From a candidate division WOR-3 bacterium (GTDB taxonomy: Bacteria > Hydrothermota > Hydrothermia > JBDRYB01): a stretch of 56,828 nt of DNA. Of the stretch, positions 19,432-28,789 are shown piece by piece. A program made the translations under genes and the position numbers. Positions within the stretch are counted from its first letter, which is position 1; the number at the start of each line of letters is the position of its first letter. Location: NCBI GenBank assembly GCA_039803205.1, contig JBDRYB010000010.1, forward strand, positions 1 through 56,828, read 5' to 3'. The notes under the pieces were generated by a model, which ran no database searches, was not told the origin of the DNA, and saw only the letters and a list, made by a program, of their open reading frames with translations.

Positions 19432-20393
19432 AGCTCATACTCTCATCCTCGCCGCACATACTCACCCCCGAAAACACCAAAAGGGTGATGTATCTTACGC
19501 TCCTTTCCCTCTTACCACCTGTTGCCGCGGCCGCTTACTTTTTCGGATTATATCCCCTTCTTCTGGTTGTCGTATCAGCCGCGGCCTCTGTTCTCACCGA
19601 GTATATATTCCTTCTTTGCAGAAGAAAGAACCCTCTCGCGTGCCTTGATGGCTCAGCGCTAATCACGGGCGTCCTCCTCGCATTAACCCTTCCGCCTTCT
19701 TTCCCCTGGTGGGCCGCAGTAATCGGTTCTGTCTTTGCCATAGCCATAGGGAAACAGATATTCGGAGGGCTCGGATACAACATCTTCAATCCAGCACTTT
19801 TGGGCAGGGCATTTCTCATGGCCGCGTTCCCGGTTCAATCAACCACATGGACAAAACCCATAACAGTAGCGCCAGACGCCTTCACGGGCGCTACGCCCCT
19901 CGCTATGGCGAAGTTTTCCGGCAAGCTAACCCCGCACCTCTCGCTCTTTCTCGGAAACACGGCCGGCTCTCTTGGTGAGACATCATCCCTCCTGATAATC
20001 ATAGGGGGGCTTTTCCTGATAATCCTGAGATATGTTGATTGGAGATTGCCCCTCAGCTATCTCGGAACCGTAGCGGTGTTTGGAGGGATATTCTGGCTAA
20101 TAAACCCTGCCAGGTTTCCGCAGGATCCCATCTTCCACCTTACCTCCGGCGGTCTCATGCTCGGGGCTTTCTACATGATAACGGACATGGTCACCAGTCC
20201 AGTGACCAAGCTCGGAAGGGTCATATTCGGGATAATAGCCGGGATATTCGTTGTTCTCATTAGGCTTTTCGGAGGCCTACCCGAGGGGGTTATGTATTCC
20301 ATTCTCCTGGCCAACGCGGTAAGGCCTTGGATTGACAGGCTCACAATGCCGAGGGTCTTCGGGGTATCCAAAAAGAAGGAGGCCTCGTCATGA
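19428..20393 (+). CDS. rnfD: Rnf subunit D
   Basis: SSSPH, KQIFGGLGYNIFNPALLGR, FMN-site TGATPL, GSLGETS; start ATG 19428 overlaps rnfC stop. Confidence 0.95.
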   Translation: MKLILSSSPHILTPENTKRVMYLTLLSLLPPVAAAAYFFGLYPLLLVVVSAAASVLTEYIFLLCRRKNPLACLDGSALITGVLLALTLPPSFPWWAAVIGSVFAIAIGKQIFGGLGYNIFNPALLGRAFLMAAFPVQSTTWTKPITVAPDAFTGATPLAMAKFSGKLTPHLSLFLGNTAGSLGETSSLLIIIGGLFLIILRYVDWRLPLSYLGTVAVFGGIFWLINPARFPQDPIFHLTSGGLMLGAFYMITDMVTSPVTKLGRVIFGIIAGIFVVLIRLFGGLPEGVMYSILLANAVRPWIDRLTMPRVFGVSKKKEASS

Positions 20394-20935
20394 AGCTTGC
20401 TCTCAGAATGATAGCTGTCCTTACGGGCGTAGGGCTTTTCTCCGGCGGCTCCTTGGCCTTAACTTACAACGCGACCATAAATAGGATAGGGGAAAACGAT
20501 CGGCGCGCAAAGGAAGTGGCGGCAAAGGAGGTGATTCCGGGCGCGGTTAGGGTTGAGGAGACGGTTATAGACCGGAGCACCAGCTATTTCAAGGGATATG
20601 ACGAATCCGATAGCCTGGTTGGATATGCCGTTATGAACTCCGAGCCCGGATTTCAAGGGAACATAAAGCTCATCTTTGGGGTAACGCCGGATCTCAAACA
20701 CGCGACGGGCCTGATAATCCTCGACAATGTGGAGACCCCTGGCCTCGGCAACCGCATAGTTGAGGAGCCTTGGCGCGCTCAGTTCTCCGGCCTTGAACTG
20801 CCTTGCGAGGCGGTCAAGGGAACAAAGTCAAAGGAGAACCAGATCGTTGCCATCACAGGAGCAACGATATCTTCAAAGGCCGTCGTCCGGATAATCAACA
20901 ACGGGCTCGCTGAGTTCCAGGAGGCTTTGAGATGA
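20390..20935 (+). CDS. rnfG: Rnf subunit G
   Basis: N-terminal TM helix, ETPGLG, ITGATISSKAV FMN site. Confidence 0.93.
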   Translation: MKLALRMIAVLTGVGLFSGGSLALTYNATINRIGENDRRAKEVAAKEVIPGAVRVEETVIDRSTSYFKGYDESDSLVGYAVMNSEPGFQGNIKLIFGVTPDLKHATGLIILDNVETPGLGNRIVEEPWRAQFSGLELPCEAVKGTKSKENQIVAITGATISSKAVVRIINNGLAEFQEALR

Positions 20936-21552
20936 AAAAGGGAACCATCGCATATGAATTTCTAAAAGGCCTTTGGGCCGAGAACCCTGTCCTGGTTATG
21001 GTCTTAGGGATGTGCCCCACGCTCGCTGTATCAAACACCGTGATAAACGGGTTCGCGATGAGCCTCGCTGTCCTCTTCGTCCTCTCGGGTAGCAACCTCA
21101 TGGTCTCCATAATACGCAAGATAATACCTTCCCAGGTGCGCCTCCCTGTTTTCATAATAATTATATCAACCTTCGTGACCATAGCTGATCTGTTTATCAA
21201 GGCACAGTTCCCAGACATATCAAAGGCTCTCGGGCCATTTGTCCCCCTGATCATCGTCAACTGCATAATAATAGCCAGGGCAGAGGCGTTCGCTTCCAAG
21301 CGCGGGATATGGCCCTCTATTGTGGACGCGATTGGCATGTCGTTCGGTTTCATGTGGGTCCTCGTGCTACTAGGCATCATCCGTGAGTTTCTCGGGTTCG
21401 GCTCCCTGGGGGGGTTCAAGCTCCTCGGTCCTTGGTTTACGCCCTGGGTCATCATGCTACTGCCACCAGGGGCTTTCGTGAGCCTCGGTATCCTCGTTGG
21501 CCTCAAAAACCAAGTGATGATAAGCCTGGGTAAAAGAAGGAGGGCATCATGA
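20932..21552 (+). CDS. rnfE: Rnf subunit E
   Basis: ENPVLVMVLGMCPTLAVS, PLIIVNCII, LLPPGAF. Confidence 0.95.
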   Translation: MKKGTIAYEFLKGLWAENPVLVMVLGMCPTLAVSNTVINGFAMSLAVLFVLSGSNLMVSIIRKIIPSQVRLPVFIIIISTFVTIADLFIKAQFPDISKALGPFVPLIIVNCIIIARAEAFASKRGIWPSIVDAIGMSFGFMWVLVLLGIIREFLGFGSLGGFKLLGPWFTPWVIMLLPPGAFVSLGILVGLKNQVMISLGKRRRAS

Positions 21553-22130
21553 ACCTTCTCCTTATCTTCATATCCATAGCCCTTGTCAACAACTTTGTTC
21601 TCGCTTACTTCCTGGGTATATGCCCGTTCATTGGCGTCTCTGGCAGGGCCTCATCCGCCATAGGTATGGGTTTCGCGGTGACCTTCGTGATGACCCTCAC
21701 GGCTGTGGTCACCTGGCTAATAAAGCACTACCTGCTTTTGCCCTTTGGCCTTCCATTCCTTGAATATGTGGCTTTTATTCTCGTCATAGCTTCTCTCGTC
21801 CAGTTCGTTGAGATGTATCTCAAGAGGTTCGTGAGGCCTCTGTATCAGGCCCTCGGGATCTACCTACCCTTGATAACGACCAATTGCGCTATCCTGGGAA
21901 TGGCACTAATTGCATCCCTTCGTCAGTATAACTTCCTTGAGACCCTCGTGTTTGGCTTCGGGGGCGGGCTCGGCTTCACGGTGGCCCTCGTGATAATGGC
22001 AGGGATAAGGGAAGAACTGGATACCGCGGATGTGCCGAGGCCCCTGCGCGGCGCCGGAATAACCTTGATAATAGCGGGCCTTCTTGGCCTCGCTTTCATG
22101 GGTTTCGCTGGGATGATAGGGGCGAGCTAG
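21549..22130 (+). CDS. rnfA: Rnf subunit A
   Basis: NNFVLAYFLGICPFIGVS, LGIYLPLITTNCAILG. Confidence 0.95.
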   Translation: MNLLLIFISIALVNNFVLAYFLGICPFIGVSGRASSAIGMGFAVTFVMTLTAVVTWLIKHYLLLPFGLPFLEYVAFILVIASLVQFVEMYLKRFVRPLYQALGIYLPLITTNCAILGMALIASLRQYNFLETLVFGFGGGLGFTVALVIMAGIREELDTADVPRPLRGAGITLIIAGLLGLAFMGFAGMIGAS

Positions 22131-22153
22131 AGGCCTACTCCGGAAAGCTATCC

Positions 22154-22855
22154 CTACTTCACGCTTGGCAATTTGCCTGCGAACACCATGAACCATCTCT
22201 TGACCGTCTTAGCCGGGTGGATCCTGAACCAGAGGTCATCCGGGATATAGAGCTTTGAGCCGCAATATTTGCATGGAACAATCCTTTCCCTGCCGTCAAT
22301 ATCAAGCGCCCCGCCGCACTTGGGGCAGGAGAATACAACAGGCTCTGAGAGAACTGCATCAGATTCATTTCCGGGGCATTCCGCGTCCACGATCATTATG
22401 GGGCCTATTTCAAGCGCGGGCCTTTTGCCCTTCTCTTCTGCTATGGACTCAGCAAGCTCCGAAAGGCGTTTTCTGGCTTCTCTGAGAAACCAATCCGGCG
22501 CGTCCAGAACCCTTGCCCTGTAATCGCAGTTGGGGCACCTCGTTTCCGGAGGGGTAAGGGGTTCAGGAAAGTTCGTCTTGCACTTGGGGCAACGTGCCCT
22601 GAGCCTCCCGTAGAGGAGCTCTATCTGGAACCCCTCGGTGAACATGATCGAGTTCCTTCCATCGCCCTCCCCGAACCCTGAGAAATCCTCCAGGATCGAG
22701 GAAATGATTGATCCCCATAGGGCTTCGGATACATCCACCTCTGACTGGCAGTTGTTGCAGTGGACCTTGAGAAGGGGGCCGTTCAGGAAAAGCACGCCTC
22801 CGCACCTTGGACAACGCGTCTTGCACTCTATAGCTGCTGAATGGAATTCTGGCAT
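22154..22855 (-). CDS. Multi-zinc-ribbon hypothetical protein
   Basis: Six CxxC motifs (CPRC, CNNC, CPKC, CPNC, CPKC, CKYC). Start corrected to ATG 22855. Confidence 0.7.
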   Translation of the reverse strand: MPEFHSAAIECKTRCPRCGGVLFLNGPLLKVHCNNCQSEVDVSEALWGSIISSILEDFSGFGEGDGRNSIMFTEGFQIELLYGRLRARCPKCKTNFPEPLTPPETRCPNCDYRARVLDAPDWFLREARKRLSELAESIAEEKGKRPALEIGPIMIVDAECPGNESDAVLSEPVVFSCPKCGGALDIDGRERIVPCKYCGSKLYIPDDLWFRIHPAKTVKRWFMVFAGKLPSVK

Positions 22856-22945
22856 TCGTAAATTATAACCCAAAAGCACACTCTCATCCCTTCGCGCCTC
22901 TTTCTTGAAAGACAACGCTACCCAGCATTAAAATTTCTCCGGAGT

Positions 22946-23899
22946 TTGAGGATGCTCTATGAGGATTCCGGCGTGAGCATAGCCAAGGGCGATGAGCTCG
23001 TTGAGTTTCTCAGAAAGCTCAATCCCGATATAGGGGGTTTCGGCGGCGCTTTCCCCGCTGATGTTCTCAAAGACTACAGGGATCCGGTTCTGGTTGCCTC
23101 AACGGATAGCATAGGAACAAAGGTCCTTTTGGGACTCAGAACCGGGCTTATTGATGGGCTCGGATACGACCTCGTAGGCATGGTCGTCAACGATATTGCT
23201 GTGATGAATGCGAGGCCCTTGTTCTTCCTTGATTATTATGCTACGGGTAGTCTTGATCTTGATATAGCTAAGAGGATCCTCGCCACCACTGTCAAAGCCC
23301 TTTCGGAGATAAACTGCGTCCTTCTCGGAGGCGAGACAGCTGAGCTTCCGGGCCTCATGAACGGTTTTGAGGTGGCTGGTTTCGTGGTCGGCGTCGCGGA
23401 AAAAGAGGCCATGCCGAGGAAGGAGGATGTGAGGCCCGGCATGAAGGTCCTGGGCCTTCAGTCCTCAGGCCCCCACTCAAACGGCTATTCGCTTATACGC
23501 AAAGCCTTTGAGAACAAGGAAATATCCCCTGATCTCGCCCAGATGCTCATGGCCCCCACCCTGCTCTATGTTAAATCCTGTCTCAGAGCGTTTGAGCTTG
23601 GGGCTGTCGCGGCCGCGCACATAACTGGCGGCGGAATTCCGGGAAACCTGATAAGGGTTTTGCCGGACGGCGTGGGGGCTACGGTGAATCTCCCGGGAAT
23701 ACCCGAGGTATTCAAGATAATACAGAAAGAGGGGGACATACCTGATGATGAGATGATCTCCGTCTTCAACCTGGGATGGGGGATGTTGTTCATCGCGCCC
23801 GAGGAAAGCGCGGATAGGATCATCGCTGAGCTGGGCGCAAGGGAGCTAGGGGAGACTCGCGAAGGGAAAAGGGAGGTTGAGATCTTATGGAGCTTCTGA
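22946..23899 (+). CDS. purM: Phosphoribosylformylglycinamidine cyclo-ligase (AIR synthase)
   Basis: YEDSGVSI, IGGFGG, ARPLFFLDY, GGETAELPG, SSGPHSNGYSL, AHITGGG, FNLGWGM. Confidence 0.95.
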   Translation: MRMLYEDSGVSIAKGDELVEFLRKLNPDIGGFGGAFPADVLKDYRDPVLVASTDSIGTKVLLGLRTGLIDGLGYDLVGMVVNDIAVMNARPLFFLDYYATGSLDLDIAKRILATTVKALSEINCVLLGGETAELPGLMNGFEVAGFVVGVAEKEAMPRKEDVRPGMKVLGLQSSGPHSNGYSLIRKAFENKEISPDLAQMLMAPTLLYVKSCLRAFELGAVAAAHITGGGIPGNLIRVLPDGVGATVNLPGIPEVFKIIQKEGDIPDDEMISVFNLGWGMLFIAPEESADRIIAELGARELGETREGKREVEILWSF

Positions 23900-24420
23900 G
23901 GGATATTGAGAGAAATTTTCGGGATGATACCGGACCCGTAACAATAAGGACCCCTGTGGGCAGGTTCACGATTTGGCTATTATGCGGCGATGTGCGCTGG
24001 ACGAGCTGGGATACTCTGCCTTTTCGGAAGAGGCCAACCCAGTTCTCGGACGCATCTAAGAGGATCATATCCGAGCTGAGGCAATACTTTAAGACCGGAT
24101 GGAGCGATTTCGGGTGGTTTGAGATACCAAAATTCGCCTTGCTCCTCAAACCAGAGGAAGTAGTGAGGGCCTTCGTGTTCCTGAAGGATAATGTGCGGCC
24201 TGGCCAACTGATAACCTACAACGAGCTGGCTGATATAGTGGGCGCTGAACCCCCGGTTTTGAGGGCTCACATCCAGAACAATCGTCTTCCCGTGATAATC
24301 CCCTGTCACAGGGTAATAAGGTCAGACGGGAGAATGGGCGGATACCAAAGAGGCCACGATGATAAGAAATACTGGCTACTCAAGCTGGAGGGGATCAGGT
24401 TCAAGGGCGACATATGGTGA
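23887..24420 (+). CDS. ogt: Methylated-DNA--protein-cysteine methyltransferase
   Basis: ITYNELA, IIPCHRVIRSDG.MGGY, KYWLLKLEG. Confidence 0.9.
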   Translation: MELLRDIERNFRDDTGPVTIRTPVGRFTIWLLCGDVRWTSWDTLPFRKRPTQFSDASKRIISELRQYFKTGWSDFGWFEIPKFALLLKPEEVVRAFVFLKDNVRPGQLITYNELADIVGAEPPVLRAHIQNNRLPVIIPCHRVIRSDGRMGGYQRGHDDKKYWLLKLEGIRFKGDIW

Positions 24421-24429
24421 GCCTGCGGA

Positions 24430-24870
24430 TCAGCTGAGGATGCGGATGTCTGTTTCTCTCATTTTATCATCATAGGTAAAGACACAAGCATTTTCCTGGC
24501 GAGCCAGATAAACCAATGCCCAGTCAACGAGAGATAGGCGAGGTTCATCAGGGGCCTCAGCTAATCTCATGATTTCTCTGAGTTCGTCCTCACCGAGCCA
24601 GTGTATCCGAATGTTATCAAGTAGCCACATACCCACCTTTATACCCTCAAGTCTACCTGCTCTGATATTGCCCACTTTCATTCCCTCTAAGTCCTTGGTC
24701 ATCAAGAACTTAGACTCAACTTTGACACTAAAACTCTGATCTTTGGGTGGCCTATCCTTTGAGTTCCGCATAAAATCAAGGTTTGGTTTCTGAGGAAGGT
24801 TGATTTCGGTTAAAAACATGGTGCCAACATTATCTTTTAACCAGGAATATGGTTCAATCCGGTTTTCCGG
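24430..24870 (-). CDS. PIN-domain (VapC-like) protein, probably N-terminally truncated
   Basis: C-terminal LSLVDWALVYLARQENACVFTYDDKM PIN pattern. No N-terminal xxDxN strand; AT-richer than flanks; start uncertain. Confidence 0.55.
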   Translation of the reverse strand, partial: PENRIEPYSWLKDNVGTMFLTEINLPQKPNLDFMRNSKDRPPKDQSFSVKVESKFLMTKDLEGMKVGNIRAGRLEGIKVGMWLLDNIRIHWLGEDELREIMRLAEAPDEPRLSLVDWALVYLARQENACVFTYDDKMRETDIRILS

Positions 24871-24874
24871 GCAC

Positions 24875-25194
24875 CTTACCCGCCCCACCTTCAACCCCTT
24901 CTAGGTTCTTGTCCGGCAAAGACTTAGACCGAAGTGCCGATGGCCCAAGGACTTAGATGAGCTAAAATGCGGAATTTCCTGATTTTATCGGGAAGATTTG
25001 GGTTGACGATTTTTGGTTCCGGAGGCCAAAAATGCCGGTTTCCAGCCAAGCTATGGCCAAAACAAGACTAAAGTAGTATCAGAATGGCAGTAATAATATA
25101 CCAGTAGAATTAGGCTATCGCTGATGCCGCTGGGGTTATCTGGACTCATTGAAAGGCCAAAAACTGAGTGCAGGTAGTAGAAAAGTTGGCCTCT
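24875..25194. repeat. Dispersed ~320-bp non-coding element, copy A
   Basis: Collinear with 52339-52657; identical blocks GGTTCCGGAGGCCAAAAATGCCGGTT and GTGCAGGTAGTAGAAAAGTTGGCCTCT. Confidence 0.9.
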
Positions 25195-25247
25195 TACCTC
25201 AAGGAAGGTCATCGGGAATAGGAGAGGATGACCCTCTGTTTGCCTTG

Positions 25248-26474
25248 TCAGGTGAGCATGATTCTCATTACCTCCCCAACAACATAAAGAGAGCCGGTTA
25301 TCAGGATGACATCCCCCTCGGTGGCAAGCGCCTTGGATCTCTCGAGCGCCTCGGCCACGCCCCTCGTTCTGATGTAGCGCAGGCCCAGGGCCTTTGCCGC
25401 TGGCTCAAGCAGAAACGGCTCAGCGGCTCTGGGGGTCTGGGCCCTCGTCAGAATAACTAGCCTAGCTCCCACGAGGAGCCTCAGCATGGCTTCCGTATCC
25501 TTTCCCCTGCTCGCCCCGAAGACGACCAGGAGATCCCTTCCCGGAAACAGCCTCCTTGTCTCGGATAGGATCTCAGAGAGGGCAAGCGCGTTGTGCGCTC
25601 CGTCAAGGACCATCGGGACCTTTCCCTGTATAACCTGAAACCTGCCGGGGTGCTCTGTGCCTGAGAAATCAGGATTCTCTATTCCAAGCGCCAAGAGCCC
25701 GGCCACCGAGATCGCGAGGTTCTCGGCCTGAAACCTGCCGGGAAGAGGCGTCCAGTATTCCCTCCCGGCCATTAATATCCTGGTTCCAGAGAGATCCGAC
25801 GAGAGAACCCTGTATTCCGGGATGATCAGCTCCGCTCCTCGTTCCTCGCAGATCGCCGCGATAACTTCTGTCGCCTCACGCTCTTGGTTGCATGTTATCA
25901 CAATGCCTCCTTTTACCACATCAGCCTTCTCCCTGGCTATCTGGGATACGCTTTTCCCAAGTATGTGCGTGTGATCAAGCCCTATCCGGGTTATTATCGT
26001 GATGTCCTGCGATACGGCGTTGGTCGCGTCAAGCCTGCCTCCAAGCCCTGCCTCAAGAACCCAGAGATCCGGTTTTCTATCCCTGAAGCAAAGAAACGCC
26101 GCGGCGGTCATGGCCTCAAACCATGTTGCCATGCCCCTTCGCCCGAGAATGTGGGGTTTTACCTCTGAGATGAGGCGGAAGAGCTCATCTTTGGATATTG
26201 GCCTGCCGTTCAGGCTTATCCTCTCGGTAAGATCAACGAGGTGAGGGGAGATGTATGTTCCGATCGTGTAGCCAGCGCTCAGGGCACCGCGCGTTATGTG
26301 AGCGGCCACAGAGCCCTTGCCTTTTGTCCCTACTATGAGGATCTTCTTCCCCTTGGATTCATGGGGCCGGCCCAGTTTTTCAAGGAGCTCGAGAAAGGGT
26401 TCAAGGGACTTCGTGTATCCGCCTGTCTGCTCGTAGTTGAGGAGGGAGTTGAGGAAGGATATCGCCTCCATCAT
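25248..26474 (-). CDS. folC: Folylpolyglutamate synthase/dihydrofolate synthase
   Basis: VGTKGKGS, YISPHL..ERI, EAGLGGRLDATN, IGLDHTHILG, LDGAHN, TGSLYVVGE. Confidence 0.93.
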   Translation of the reverse strand: MMEAISFLNSLLNYEQTGGYTKSLEPFLELLEKLGRPHESKGKKILIVGTKGKGSVAAHITRGALSAGYTIGTYISPHLVDLTERISLNGRPISKDELFRLISEVKPHILGRRGMATWFEAMTAAAFLCFRDRKPDLWVLEAGLGGRLDATNAVSQDITIITRIGLDHTHILGKSVSQIAREKADVVKGGIVITCNQEREATEVIAAICEERGAELIIPEYRVLSSDLSGTRILMAGREYWTPLPGRFQAENLAISVAGLLALGIENPDFSGTEHPGRFQVIQGKVPMVLDGAHNALALSEILSETRRLFPGRDLLVVFGASRGKDTEAMLRLLVGARLVILTRAQTPRAAEPFLLEPAAKALGLRYIRTRGVAEALERSKALATEGDVILITGSLYVVGEVMRIMLT

Positions 26475-27241
26475 TCAAGCCTCACGGCTTTTCTCACCCT
26501 AGCCTGGGCAACAGGGCCTATTTCCCAAAACCTGCTTTCAGAAATGCCCTCAGCCGCCCTCTTGTTATACCAGGATGATAACCTTCTGACCTCCTTGCTG
26601 TAGGCGATCTCTGGAGGGTAAGGTTTCTCGTAGAACCACTCCTCGTGAAGGAAACCCGCGTCTTGCGGAAACGAGTTGTCAACGAGGAACTCTCTACCTG
26701 CAACCGTGAGAGCGGTCTTGGTGTGGATCTCCGAGTAAAAAACAACCCTCCCGGGTATTCCAAACCAGCTCAGCGCGACAACATAGGCCATTTCAAGCTC
26801 AGAGCACCAGCCGAAGGAATATAGCAGCTCGGAATCGTTCCCTGACCAAACGCAGAGATAAGGGGGAGAGGTGTCCTCGGAGAAGAGGTCACCGAAAAAC
26901 AGCCTGGGTATCCTGTCAACAGCAGAGGCTTTCTGAACGATCTTGTGTCCCTTGACATCTATGCTGTCCAGGTCAACCCATCTGTCTCCTACCCTCTTGA
27001 ACATCAGGGCCTTGCGCTGGTGCATCCAGATGTATCCGACGCGAAGAAGCCCATCGCGCTGGAGGAGAAGGTGCAGGAAGTATGCCTTTTTGAGGGTCTC
27101 CTCGCACGAATCAGGGAGGCTGTATCTCTGAATCGCTTTACTTATCGTGTCAGAAAACATCCCGGCGTAGAGGGAATCAACCTCATGGTATAGGTCCCTG
27201 AAGAACTTGGGCACGCTCAGACTGATGAGGATAGCGAGCAT
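26471..27241 (-). CDS. Secreted transglutaminase-like (Cys-His-Asp) protein
   Basis: GWCSELEMAYVVALSWFGIPGRVV....H......V.G....VDNS spacing; short hydrophobic N-terminus. Confidence 0.5.
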   Translation of the reverse strand: MLAILISLSVPKFFRDLYHEVDSLYAGMFSDTISKAIQRYSLPDSCEETLKKAYFLHLLLQRDGLLRVGYIWMHQRKALMFKRVGDRWVDLDSIDVKGHKIVQKASAVDRIPRLFFGDLFSEDTSPPYLCVWSGNDSELLYSFGWCSELEMAYVVALSWFGIPGRVVFYSEIHTKTALTVAGREFLVDNSFPQDAGFLHEEWFYEKPYPPEIAYSKEVRRLSSWYNKRAAEGISESRFWEIGPVAQARVRKAVRLE

Positions 27242-27243
27242 AG

Positions 27244-27753
27244 CTAAAGGTTCTCAATCGCCCATATGGCGGCCTCAATTATGCTTGGGGTCACGAGATC
27301 GGGTTCAAGGCCCTCTGGAGCCTCATTAGCCAACAAGACGGTCCTCGTTCCCGAAGCCTTTCCGGCCAGTATATCCCTCGGGTTATCCCCTATGGTGACT
27401 GAGCGAGAGGGGTCTATTTCTGGCCAACGGCGGATTATCCTATTCATCATGCCCGGCAAAGGCTTTCTGCATGGGCAACGCTCCCCTGGCATGTGCGGAC
27501 AGAACTCAATCCCGTGAAACCTTATCCCTAGCCTGCGTTCGGCCTCCCGGTTCGTAGCCATGAGGTTCTGTCTTGAGATGAAACCTCGCGCCGCGCCGGA
27601 CTGATTCGTCACGAGGAAAATGAGGAACCCCGCGTCCCTTAGAAGCTCAAGGGCCTGACCCGCGCCGGGAATTGGTCTGACGAACTCAGGCGAGGCACCG
27701 TAGTGCATGTCCTCTATTATTGTTCCATCCCTGTCAAGAAAAGCGGCTCTCAT
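27244..27753 (-). CDS. gmhB: HAD-IIIA phosphatase, D,D-heptose 1,7-bisphosphate phosphatase-like
   Basis: AFLDRDGTI, VTNQSG, CPH...CPCRKP, IGD..RDI. Confidence 0.85.
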   Translation of the reverse strand: MRAAFLDRDGTIIEDMHYGASPEFVRPIPGAGQALELLRDAGFLIFLVTNQSGAARGFISRQNLMATNREAERRLGIRFHGIEFCPHMPGERCPCRKPLPGMMNRIIRRWPEIDPSRSVTIGDNPRDILAGKASGTRTVLLANEAPEGLEPDLVTPSIIEAAIWAIENL

Positions 27754-28337
27754 AGCAACTTCAGGAGCATATCGCGAGCAGACCTGAAAGCCCTTCCTCT
27801 GTGGCTCACCTGATTTTTGACGCACCGAGGCAGTTCAGCGAATGTTCTCCCCATCTGAGGATACAGAAAGACCGGATCGTATCCAAAACCTCCCTCTCCT
27901 CGCTCTTCGGTTGTTATGAACCCCCTGACCTTTCCTTCCACGAAGGCAAAATCCTTCCCATCTCTGGTAATGCAGACGATCGTTGTGAAACACGCGCCCC
28001 TCTTCTCAAAAGGTATGCCCTCAAGCATTTCAAGGAGCTTTAGCCTGTTGTCCCGATATGTCGCGGCAGGGCCCGCAAACCGCGATGAAAAGACCCCAGG
28101 CATGCCCCCCAGGGCATCAACGAAAAGCCCGGTGTCCTCGGCCAATGTCAAAAGCCCTGATACTTGAAATCCATGCGTAGCCTTTATCCGAGCGTTTTGA
28201 GCCAGGGTGAGGCCGGTCTCCGGCGGGGGGTCCGATCCAAAATCCCTCAGAGAGAGGAACTCTATTTCTGGAAGAGAGATGATCTCCACTATTTCACGGA
28301 ATTTGTCCAGATTCCCAGTGGAGATGAGAACCCTCAC
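27750..28337 (-). CDS. rdgB: Non-canonical purine NTP pyrophosphatase (RdgB/HAM1)
   Basis: STGNLDKFRE, AEDTGLFVDALGGMPGVFSSRF, GFGYDPVF, KNQVSHRGRA. Confidence 0.95.
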   Translation of the reverse strand: MRVLISTGNLDKFREIVEIISLPEIEFLSLRDFGSDPPPETGLTLAQNARIKATHGFQVSGLLTLAEDTGLFVDALGGMPGVFSSRFAGPAATYRDNRLKLLEMLEGIPFEKRGACFTTIVCITRDGKDFAFVEGKVRGFITTEERGEGGFGYDPVFLYPQMGRTFAELPRCVKNQVSHRGRAFRSARDMLLKLL

Positions 28338-28342
28338 ATCGG

Positions 28343-28777
28343 CTATTGTCCGCCTCCGGAGCCGGAGGATTCCTCCTTGACGAATATCACGGTCTCGGCT
28401 ATGAAGGCATCAGCATAGCCCAGTGATTTTTGGACCGTTGGAAGAAATTGTTCTGCCTCCTCCCTCTTTTGAAAATCCCCTATGCGTATCTTGTAGAAAG
28501 GCGGTATCTCCTCAATGTAGACGGGATAAGAAACCTGCGCCTGAACCTCTGCTCTTATCTTCTCAGCCTTGTCCTTGTATATCGTAGCGAAAACCTGAAT
28601 CCGGTAACCATAAACCCTTTTCATTCCCGGCGGGGTCACCTGTCCGTATTGCCACTGGCCGGAGGTTGATGACCCTCCGGTGCTGTCCTGGGTTGTCGTT
28701 GCCTGGGCGAGAATGGGCACGGGAGATGTTTCCTCCACCGGCTCCTGCGCGATAAGGGCAATAAGGATCAATTCCAT
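28343..28777 (-). CDS. SPOR-domain protein
   Basis: GYRIQVFA...YKIRIGDF..REEAE...GYADAFI. Confidence 0.85.
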   Translation of the reverse strand: MELILIALIAQEPVEETSPVPILAQATTTQDSTGGSSTSGQWQYGQVTPPGMKRVYGYRIQVFATIYKDKAEKIRAEVQAQVSYPVYIEEIPPFYKIRIGDFQKREEAEQFLPTVQKSLGYADAFIAETVIFVKEESSGSGGGQ

Positions 28778-28789
28778 TTCAAAACCCCC

